Source of the DNA: an uncultured Erysipelotrichaceae bacterium
GTDB taxonomy: Bacteria > Bacillota_I > Bacilli_A > RFN20 > CAG-826
DNA: 60,685 nt
Assembly: GCA_900317165.1 (NCBI GenBank)
Contig: ONFU01000001.1
Coordinates: forward strand, 1 to 60,685
Direction of reading: 5' to 3'
The translations under genes and the position numbers were made by a program. Shown here one piece after another: positions 46,342 to 53,839 of this stretch. Numbering within the stretch: position 1 is the stretch's first letter; each line of letters begins with the position of its first letter. The notes beneath the pieces were generated by a model, which was not told the DNA's origin, searched no databases, and saw only the letters and a list, made by a program, of their open reading frames with translations.

Positions 46342-49300
46342 ATGGGTGAAATTGATGAAAAGAAAAAAGAACGGTTGATGAAAAAGGGCCGCGGAAGGCC
46401 TTGGAAAAACCTTTTATGGTTCCTTTTAGGTTTCTTTACCCCAACCATTATCTTCGCGGTTGTCGCTTCTATTTTGCTTTGGGCCGTCCCAATCTCGGCC
46501 ATCCCAGGAGCAAGCAATGGTTTCTCAGAAGAAATCGCCAACGGCAATATTTGGAACTTCGTCACCAACTACAAAAACTACACCATCGGTGACGTTCCTT
46601 TAATCCAGGACATGCTTACGAGAATGATTGAGGATAACAACCTCGATCAATATTTCACAATCGACTTTGAAGCCCTCAAGGATATCAAACTCGACCAAGA
46701 CTCGGTCAGAAGTTTCGATTATAGCAAGGCGATTACCGTCACCGCGACCGTCAACAGTTTGAATTTAGGCGATAAGTTCGGTGATTTGAAGAACATCTCC
46801 GCCTTTACGGAATGGGAAGAATACCATGGCGAAATCAACACCGCCGACCCAGAATTCAATCCAAAGCTCTACTACTATCGCGTTTCCGCTGGGACCCAAG
46901 GGCTTGGTTTAGCCGTCAAAGACAACAAAGGCAACGAATACAAACGCGCATTCAACGACGACAAAACCCTCGTTGAGGGCGCTCATCCTCCATATTACCT
47001 TCCAGCCCTATTCGACGTCGGCATCGTCGACATGATGGATATCATGGGCGAACGTTTCCAAACTTGCTCTGCGACCTCCTTGCTTGAAGGCCTCGGCGTT
47101 GAGCCAGGAAGCGCCATCTATGACATGGTTGAAGGCAAAACGGTAGGCGAATTGGCCAACATGGACGCGGAATCCTTCTACCTTAAGGACTTCCTTAATC
47201 CAATCTCCGATTATCAAGACCTCTATGACATCATCGGCTCCGCGGTCAACAAAGAGCCCGAAGATATCCTTCTTGGCGATCTTCAAAACCTCGACACCCA
47301 GAACATCAAACTCACAGACGTCCTCAAAAACGACGATGGCTCTTATGACGATATCCTAAAGATTCTCCGTTCCGGAACCGGAGTCGATACCAACGACCAA
47401 TTGACTTTAGGCAAACTAAAAGACCTTTCCGTGGATAACATCCACCTCAACGACGTCATGAAATATGAAGTCGATGACCCGACCACCCCAGAAAAAGAAG
47501 GCAACGAAGACCTTTATTCCATTTTAATTGATGCCACCAAAAAACCGGGCGACCCAGAAGATTATGGTCCCGAGGATATCACCCTCGGCCGTCTATCCAG
47601 CGGTTTCAACGTCGATAATATCCACCTCACCCGCGTCTTAAAAGACAATGAGGACACGGAATTAATCTATAACATCCTCCGTTCCGCTACCGGAAAAGAA
47701 AGCAACGGGGAAATCGTTCTTAGCGACCTCAACAACTTCAATAAGGACACCATCCTCCTCAAATACGTCCTCGAGAACAACGCCGAGAACGAAGAGCTTT
47801 ATGATATCCTCCTCTCCGCGGTCAAACGCGAAGGCGCAACCGCGGATGACCTCACCGTTGGCGATCTTAACGGCCTGGACACCAAGAAAATCAACCTTAC
47901 CGCCGTCTTAGATCCAACGGAATCTAAGGATCTCTACGATATCCTCCTCTCCGCCTTGAAAGACACCTATATCGACGAAGATGATCATTCCCTTGGTAAG
48001 ATCACCGTTGCTGATGATATCCGCATCGAACACCTCAAGGATATTAAGACCAACAACGTCCAGTTGACCTCCGTCCTTCCTCTTGAAGAAGACGATCCAT
48101 TAACCCCCGAAAAGGAAGGTAACGAATCCCTTTACAAAGTCCTTTGCGATGTCACGGGTCGCGTATATCCGACCGATATCGACCAAATCGTCGTCGGCGA
48201 CCTTTCCAATTTCTCCACCGATAACATCCACCTCGTCAACGTCCTCCCATACGCGGAAGACGATCCTCTAACTCCAGGGGACGAAGGAGAGAACGAGACC
48301 ATCTACAAGATCTTGGTCAACGCCTGCGGAGCCGCTTCACCTGAAGCTTTAACTCTCGAAGACCTTAACGGATTCTCCACCGATAACATCGTCCTCGTCG
48401 ACGTCATGCCTCTTGAATTGGATGACCCACTAACTCCTGAAAAGGAAGGTAACGAGAACCTCTACAAGATCCTTTGCGATGTCACGAGCACTCCATCCCA
48501 TCCTCGTACATATCCCGATTCTGTCAATGAAATCAAGGTTTCCGACCTTTCCGATTTCAATACCGATAACATCAAACTCGACACCGTCCTCGATTCCACC
48601 GATGCTAACAACGACAAGCTCTATAGCATCCTAACCGATGTCACCGGAAAAGACGCGGACGCCATCACGATCGCTGACCTTAGCGGCTTTGATACCGATA
48701 ACCTCCACCTCGTCAACGTCTTGCCTTATGTTGGCAATGAGACCCTCTACAAGATTCTCGTTAGCTCCACCGGTTCTACTACCTATGAAGATATCACCGT
48801 GGCTAGCCTCAACGATTTCGAAACCGCGGACATTCTCTTAACCGACGTTTTGCCTCTTGAAGTCGATGACCCATTGACCCCTGGGGTTAAGGAAGGTAAC
48901 GAAAACCTCTATGCCATCCTTAACGACATTACGGGTAAACCATCAAACGAGATCACCGTTGGCGACTTAGGCGACTTCGATTCCGGTAAAATCCATCTTA
49001 TCTCCGTCCTTGATTACGATGGTAACGAGACCCTCTATTCCATGCTTTGCGATGCTACGGGTATCCCGGATTACAACGACATCACCATCGACGATATGAA
49101 TGGGGCCTCCTTCGATACGGGCAGCATCAAATTGGTCAATCTTATCCCAGTCACCGATAACCCCGCCCTTTATAACATCCTTCGCGAAGCGACCGGTGCC
49201 GCTACCAACGACGATATCACTGTCTCGGCCTTAAGCGGATTCGACGTCAATAACGTTTCCTTAAGCACCGCCATTCCTAACGATACGGGCAACTCCATCA

Positions 49301-49767
49301 TCGACATCCTCCGTGAGGATGACACCGTTACCATCGGTAATATCGGCACCAAAATCAATAACCTAAGCCTTTCCAAGGTCTATGGTGGCGATAATGTCTT
49401 TACCCAGGATATCGGCGAGACCAACTGGCATGATACCTATGACCTCAATCCAGATGGTTCCTACACCTATAACACCATGGGAACGGGCGAATGGTATATA
49501 AATAGGAATTCCTCCGTTTGGTTACTCTTCTGCTATGAGGCAGAAACCATCAACGCCTCTAACGGCAGAGTCACCAAGTTCGCTCCATCCGAACTCACCT
49601 TCGAAACCCTTGCTAACGATGCCGGTTCCCTTGCTGGAAAGATCACCAATTCCACGATCTATAACCTCATGGCCTGCGGAATCATCACCTACGATAACAC
49701 GGCTGCCGACATGTTCTTAAAGCAGACCTTACAACAAGTAATCGACGCCGCAGGAGCAATGTTCTAA
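46342..49767 (+). CDS. 1141-aa N-terminally membrane-anchored acidic tandem-repeat protein (unknown family)
   Basis: AGAGGAGGA SD; an N-terminal basic segment plus TM (LLWFLLGFFTPTIIFAVVASILLWAV), then repeats. It is a long uninterrupted ORF. Confidence 0.85.
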   Translation: MGEIDEKKKERLMKKGRGRPWKNLLWFLLGFFTPTIIFAVVASILLWAVPISAIPGASNGFSEEIANGNIWNFVTNYKNYTIGDVPLIQDMLTRMIEDNNLDQYFTIDFEALKDIKLDQDSVRSFDYSKAITVTATVNSLNLGDKFGDLKNISAFTEWEEYHGEINTADPEFNPKLYYYRVSAGTQGLGLAVKDNKGNEYKRAFNDDKTLVEGAHPPYYLPALFDVGIVDMMDIMGERFQTCSATSLLEGLGVEPGSAIYDMVEGKTVGELANMDAESFYLKDFLNPISDYQDLYDIIGSAVNKEPEDILLGDLQNLDTQNIKLTDVLKNDDGSYDDILKILRSGTGVDTNDQLTLGKLKDLSVDNIHLNDVMKYEVDDPTTPEKEGNEDLYSILIDATKKPGDPEDYGPEDITLGRLSSGFNVDNIHLTRVLKDNEDTELIYNILRSATGKESNGEIVLSDLNNFNKDTILLKYVLENNAENEELYDILLSAVKREGATADDLTVGDLNGLDTKKINLTAVLDPTESKDLYDILLSALKDTYIDEDDHSLGKITVADDIRIEHLKDIKTNNVQLTSVLPLEEDDPLTPEKEGNESLYKVLCDVTGRVYPTDIDQIVVGDLSNFSTDNIHLVNVLPYAEDDPLTPGDEGENETIYKILVNACGAASPEALTLEDLNGFSTDNIVLVDVMPLELDDPLTPEKEGNENLYKILCDVTSTPSHPRTYPDSVNEIKVSDLSDFNTDNIKLDTVLDSTDANNDKLYSILTDVTGKDADAITIADLSGFDTDNLHLVNVLPYVGNETLYKILVSSTGSTTYEDITVASLNDFETADILLTDVLPLEVDDPLTPGVKEGNENLYAILNDITGKPSNEITVGDLGDFDSGKIHLISVLDYDGNETLYSMLCDATGIPDYNDITIDDMNGASFDTGSIKLVNLIPVTDNPALYNILREATGAATNDDITVSALSGFDVNNVSLSTAIPNDTGNSIIDILREDDTVTIGNIGTKINNLSLSKVYGGDNVFTQDIGETNWHDTYDLNPDGSYTYNTMGTGEWYINRNSSVWLLFCYEAETINASNGRVTKFAPSELTFETLANDAGSLAGKITNSTIYNLMACGIITYDNTAADMFLKQTLQQVIDAAGAMF
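47200..49330 (+). repeat. About 15 degenerate in-frame tandem repeats (38-62 aa units)
   Basis: Recurrent unit: LYxIL-x-TG-x(5-15)-[IL]T[VL]xDLxxFxTDNIxLxxVLP-(x)DDPLTPEKEGNE. DNA-level similarity is also visible, for example 48091-48155 versus 48421-48487. Confidence 0.85.
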
Positions 49768-49790
49768 TTCAAAAAAAAGGAGATACATGT

Positions 49791-50363
49791 ATGCGTATTT
49801 CATTAGGTACGAACGCTAACGTCACCCCTCTTCCCGTTTTGATTATCGCCACTTATAACGAAGATGGCACACCTAACGCGATGAACGCGGCCTGGGGCAC
49901 TCAATTCGATAGGGATGTCATCTCTATCTACCTTTCCTCCCATAAGACCACGGATAACCTCAAAGCCCGTAAGGCCTTCACCGTTTCCTTTGCGACGGCC
50001 AAAACGATGAAGGAATCCGATTATTTCGGAATCGAGTCCGGCAGGAAAACCAACAAGATCATCGTCGCCAATTTCTCCGCTTACAAAAGCGAATACGTCG
50101 ATGCCCCAATCATCCCTCAATACCCACTTACCCTTGAATGCGAAGTAATGGAACTTCGCGAAGATGGCGAGGACGCGTATACGTTATTCGGCAAAGTCAA
50201 AAACGTCTCCGCGGACGAAAGCATCCTCACCAACGGGAAAGTCGATATGGATAAGTTAGAGGCCATCGCTTTCTGTCCATTCGATAACACCTATCGCCTT
50301 ATCGGGAAGAAAGTCGGCAACGCCTTTAGAAGTGGCCTTCTCATCAAAAACAAGAAGAAATAA
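49791..50363 (+). CDS. Flavin reductase-like (FMN-binding split-barrel) protein
   Basis: LPVLIIATYNEDGTPNAMNAAWG pattern; 190 aa; AAGGAG SD. Confidence 0.8.
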   Translation: MRISLGTNANVTPLPVLIIATYNEDGTPNAMNAAWGTQFDRDVISIYLSSHKTTDNLKARKAFTVSFATAKTMKESDYFGIESGRKTNKIIVANFSAYKSEYVDAPIIPQYPLTLECEVMELREDGEDAYTLFGKVKNVSADESILTNGKVDMDKLEAIAFCPFDNTYRLIGKKVGNAFRSGLLIKNKKK

Positions 50364-50382
50364 AGCTACTAAAATCCTTTCA

Positions 50383-50411
50383 AGCGGGGTCTAAAAAACT
50401 CCGCTTTTTTA
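50383..50411 (+). terminator. Intrinsic terminator
   Basis: agcgggg/ctccgct stem (one G-U pair) followed by TTTTTT. Confidence 0.65.
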
Positions 50412-50485
50412 TAAAAGATAAGACGGAAAAATACAAGGTTAGGATATTGGCAAGATAATCCGCTTTATTTCGCAAACTTATTATC

Positions 50486-50516
50486 TATAATTATCGGGCA
50501 ATTGGGAGCGCTTTCA
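50486..50516 (+). promoter_or_regulatory. Perfect -10 (TATAAT, 50486-50491) followed by a cre/LacI-type operator-like site TTGGGAGCGCTTTCA (50502-50516)
   Basis: It matches the degenerate cre consensus WTGNAANCGNWNNCW with one mismatch and sits between the -10 and the SD of the first glucan-locus lipoprotein. Confidence 0.3.
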
Positions 50517-50572
50517 CCAAAAACGTCAGTTTTGATGGGCACTCCCTAGTTAATAGCAAAAAGGAGAAAAAC

Positions 50573-52084
50573 ATGAAAAAATTGCTATTCGTCCTCGCAA
50601 GCAGCGTCCTACTTCTCGCTTCCTGCGGTGGCACACCCGCTTCATCTGGCACTGCTTCCAGTGAATCCGAAACCTCTACAAGATCCACAAGAACGAGACC
50701 CAGCACCTCTAGCGATACCTCTGAGGAGATAACAAGTTCTTCCACCGAGGGCGCTCCATCTTCCCAATCGAGCGCCTCTTCCTCAACCTCTGTTGAACCA
50801 TCCGTTCCAGAAGGAAAGAACATTGCCTATATCGAAGGCGTCAAATCCGGCGGAGAAGCCGCGGCCTATGTCAATCCTGGTTTCCTCTATGAATGGCATG
50901 GCGACGGCGGAAACGTCACCAGCTGGGCTTATAAGAATGGCGCTTATGAATTAGAATACGCCGCCGGCTGGGCCTGGTATGGCGTTCAAGTCTTCCTCCA
51001 GCTCCCATATGCAGAAACTGGCGATGCCCTCCAAATCTATCTTGAGCTCAATACCGATATCGCCGGAGACATCACCATCAACGGCAACGTCGTCAGTCTC
51101 AAAAAAGGCGACAATAAAGTCTTAATTAACTCCACTCAAACCGCTGGAAAAGCGAGTCTTTCCATGCAACTCGGCGTCTATGATGGCGAGGCTCTTGCTG
51201 GCATGACCTTCAAACTAAAAACAATCGGCATTTATGATGCAGCCGCCACCTATCATAACGTTAAGTTCCAAGATGGTGACAAGCTCCTCAAGGAAATCGA
51301 AGTCCGCGATGGCAAGACCGTCGCCGCTCCTATCGTCGTCGCCCCAACAGGTAAATACTTCGCCGGTTGGTATGATGCTTCCTCCGAGAGGCTTACCGGC
51401 AAAACCGAGATCAAAGCCGACAAGGTCTACACCGTCAAATACGTCACCAAAGAAGAAGCCAACATCATCAAAGTCGAATTCTATCTTGGCGACAAATTGA
51501 CCAACATCCAAGACGTCGTCGAATTCGGTACCCCTGATTTCGCCGCCCTTTCCACCCCATTTGGTTATGAAGTCATCGGATGGTACACCGATCCAGCCCT
51601 TACCACCCCATATGATGACGAACCAATTGAAGAGGAAACCAAGCTTTATGCCAAGGCCAACGTCAAGATGGTTACCTACCGTCATGATTCCGTCTTCAAT
51701 GAAGGTCAGGAAATCACCCATGGCGCCAACGGCGAATTCATCCTCACCTATCCAGACCATGGTTACGAACAGGGATGGCACATCCAAGCCAACTTCGAAG
51801 GTCTTCCACACGCTGATTCCGATACCTATCAGTTCAGTGTCGAATACAAACTCGATGCCGCCGGCGCTGGTTCATATCAAATCTATAGCGATGGGACCGT
51901 TCCAGATTCCAATGGCGAGTTGACCGTTACCTCCGAATGGAAAAAGATCACCGTCACCTATCTCGGAAGCGAAGTCGAAGAAGGCAATAAGTTCACCATG
52001 GAACTCGGCATGGTTCACCCAGTCGATCCAACTGGCAACGTTGTCTTACAAGTCCGCAACCCATTCCTTGATATCGTTCACTAA
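50573..52084 (+). CDS. Surface lipoprotein with an S/T-rich linker and two Listeria-Bacteroides-type repeat domains
   Basis: Lipobox LLASC and a Ser/Thr/Glu linker. The two repeat domains are marked by GKYFAGWYDASS...VYTVKY and GYEVIGWYTDPALTTPYD...KLYAKA. Confidence 0.8.
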   Translation: MKKLLFVLASSVLLLASCGGTPASSGTASSESETSTRSTRTRPSTSSDTSEEITSSSTEGAPSSQSSASSSTSVEPSVPEGKNIAYIEGVKSGGEAAAYVNPGFLYEWHGDGGNVTSWAYKNGAYELEYAAGWAWYGVQVFLQLPYAETGDALQIYLELNTDIAGDITINGNVVSLKKGDNKVLINSTQTAGKASLSMQLGVYDGEALAGMTFKLKTIGIYDAAATYHNVKFQDGDKLLKEIEVRDGKTVAAPIVVAPTGKYFAGWYDASSERLTGKTEIKADKVYTVKYVTKEEANIIKVEFYLGDKLTNIQDVVEFGTPDFAALSTPFGYEVIGWYTDPALTTPYDDEPIEEETKLYAKANVKMVTYRHDSVFNEGQEITHGANGEFILTYPDHGYEQGWHIQANFEGLPHADSDTYQFSVEYKLDAAGAGSYQIYSDGTVPDSNGELTVTSEWKKITVTYLGSEVEEGNKFTMELGMVHPVDPTGNVVLQVRNPFLDIVH

Positions 52085-52103
52085 TTAAGCCCAAAAAGCA
52101 ATT

Positions 52104-52130
52104 AGGGCCCGTGAGAATATCGCGGGCCCT
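52104..52130 (+). terminator. Hairpin after the lipoprotein gene (weak terminator, short U-tract)
   Basis: 8-bp stem agggcccg/cgggccct followed only by TT. Confidence 0.4.
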
Positions 52131-52155
52131 TTAAGACAAAAAAGGAGGCAAAACC

Positions 52156-53166
52156 ATGAATAAAGCTTGCACGCTACCGCTAATTGCCATACTTTTTTCT
52201 TCATGTTCTTTTTCGCTTTCCCCAAAAAGTGAAACCGAAGGACCTTCCTCGTCTTCTTCCGAAACCTCTTCGGAAACCCCTATTGAATCTAGTGAAAGCG
52301 AAGAGATTACCACCTCCGAGTCTGGACCAGTTGAAATTAGTAAGTCCAGCGAAGAGGAGGAAAGTTCCGTCACCACTTCTTCTAGTGAGGCCATAGAGGA
52401 CGAAGATTTCCTTCCATCCGAGGATTATAAACTCACCTGGAGTGATGAATTCGATGGGGAAGCGTTAAACACAAGAATATGGACCCATGAAATCGGAAAC
52501 GGCAATTGGGGATGGGGAAATGGCGAAGCCGAATACTATACGGCGAAAAACGACCGCGTAGAGGACGGCATGCTCCATATAACCGCAAAACGCGAAGAGG
52601 CCCCCGATGGTTTCCAATATACCTCAACCCGCATCATCACCAAAAACAAGGTTCATTTCACCTATGGGTATATGTGCGCCCGTATTTCCTTACCGGCCGT
52701 CACGGGGTTATGGCCAGCCTTCTGGATGCTCCCTGAAACCGGTTATGGAAGCGAAGGCACCACATGGTGGCCAACTAGTGGCGAAATCGACATCATGGAG
52801 AATAGAGGCCGCGTCAGCGATACCACCAGCGGAGCCCTCCATTATGCCTCTAACGGAACCGGCGGAAACCACACCTATATCAGCGCCGAAACCAAAGTCG
52901 GTTCCATTGAAGACTTCCATGTATACGCGGTCGAATGGCTTGAAGGAGAGATGATTTGGTCGGTCGATGGAGAAGAATTCCTCCGCACCGGACAAAATAT
53001 CTGGAACCGTGGTTATGGCACCGGAGATGACGCCCCATTCAATAAGGATTTCTTCTTTATCCTTAATCTTGCTATTGGGGGGCAATTTGACGGGAACAAA
53101 GAACCTCCTGTCAATTGGGAATCTTCTGATATGATCATCGACTATGTCCGTTGTTACCAAAAGTAA
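52156..53166 (+). CDS. GH16 endo-beta-1,3(4)-glucanase (laminarinase-like) lipoprotein
   Basis: Lipobox FSSC, an S/E-rich linker and the catalytic motif GEIDIME preceded by WPAFWMLP. Confidence 0.9.
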   Translation: MNKACTLPLIAILFSSCSFSLSPKSETEGPSSSSSETSSETPIESSESEEITTSESGPVEISKSSEEEESSVTTSSSEAIEDEDFLPSEDYKLTWSDEFDGEALNTRIWTHEIGNGNWGWGNGEAEYYTAKNDRVEDGMLHITAKREEAPDGFQYTSTRIITKNKVHFTYGYMCARISLPAVTGLWPAFWMLPETGYGSEGTTWWPTSGEIDIMENRGRVSDTTSGALHYASNGTGGNHTYISAETKVGSIEDFHVYAVEWLEGEMIWSVDGEEFLRTGQNIWNRGYGTGDDAPFNKDFFFILNLAIGGQFDGNKEPPVNWESSDMIIDYVRCYQK

Positions 53167-53189
53167 GGCCGATTAGAAACAAATAAGCC

Positions 53190-53224
53190 AACCATCTTGA
53201 GTTAGACCAAGATGGTTTTTTTGT
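53190..53224 (+). terminator. Intrinsic terminator
   Basis: 10-bp perfect stem aaccatcttg/caagatggtt followed by TTTTTTT. Confidence 0.85.
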
Positions 53225-53418
53225 TACATGGGTCATTTATTTTGTTATTTAACCATATAAAAATCGTCCCCGTGAGGAGACAATATTCGGAAATAATCTC
53301 CTTGTTGATCAAAGGAATAATTGGACCTTCCAATGTCAATTGGAGAACTTTGTCTGGAACAGAACCTGCCTTAAGCATAGAAGAGATAATAAATTGGTAT
53401 CAATAACGGCATAATAGG

Positions 53419-53718
53419 TCACTTCCGCTTTCTCCTCTCGGCCCTAGCTAAGGCAATTTCATCATTAATCTCCTCCAATGTCATTTTGGAATTGCCGTTC
53501 CTTTGGGAGATTTCTTGCGATTCCTTCATGACTTCGATTGCGCCAGAGGCGCGATAAACGTTGTCAGAAAGGATCATCGGAAAAGGTATGCCTTTACAGG
53601 CGACAGACCTCTTTAGAAACATCCTCATCGCAGATGAAAGATCGAGACCTAGATTCTCAAAGACTGAAGTGGCCTCTTTTTTAAGTTCGTCTTCAACTCT
53701 AAACTGAACGATTGCCAT
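53419..53718 (-). CDS. RelB/DinJ-family type II antitoxin
   Basis: MAIVQFRVEDELKKEATSVFENLGLDLSSAMRMFLKRSV..GIPF is the canonical RelB/DinJ RHH N-terminus. The start is at 53718 (AGGGGAG 8 nt upstream). Confidence 0.85.
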   Translation of the reverse strand: MAIVQFRVEDELKKEATSVFENLGLDLSSAMRMFLKRSVACKGIPFPMILSDNVYRASGAIEVMKESQEISQRNGNSKMTLEEINDEIALARAERRKRK

Positions 53719-53741
53719 AAAATGTTCTCCCCTGTGTTTCA

Positions 53742-53770
53742 ATTGTAAGACGATTAAATACATTTGTAAA
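53742..53770 (-). promoter_or_regulatory. Candidate promoter of the antitoxin gene (TTTACA-17-TACAAT)
   Basis: Hexamers on the minus strand at 53765-53770 and 53742-53747, just downstream of the GH3 terminator. Confidence 0.45.
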
Positions 53771-53792
53771 GTCAGTTTAAACCTAAGTCAAA

Positions 53793-53826
53793 CAAAAAAA
53801 TCGCCCCCAAGCAATGGAGGCGATTT
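53793..53826 (-). terminator. Intrinsic terminator after the GH3 gene
   Basis: Minus-strand aatcgcctcc...ggggcgatt stem followed by TTTTTTT. Confidence 0.75.
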
Positions 53827-53839
53827 GACGATATGAAGA

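Noticed and set aside
47200-49330. Periodic DNA repeats, considered as a CRISPR array or satellite
   Set aside because: The repeats are in frame within one long ORF, are only about 80-85% similar, and have no unique spacers of constant size. They are coding tandem repeats.
53212-53406. 64-aa plus-strand ORF downstream of the GH16 terminator
   Set aside because: It has no SD, starts inside the terminator T-run and lies antisense to the putative toxin remnant. It is probably spurious.
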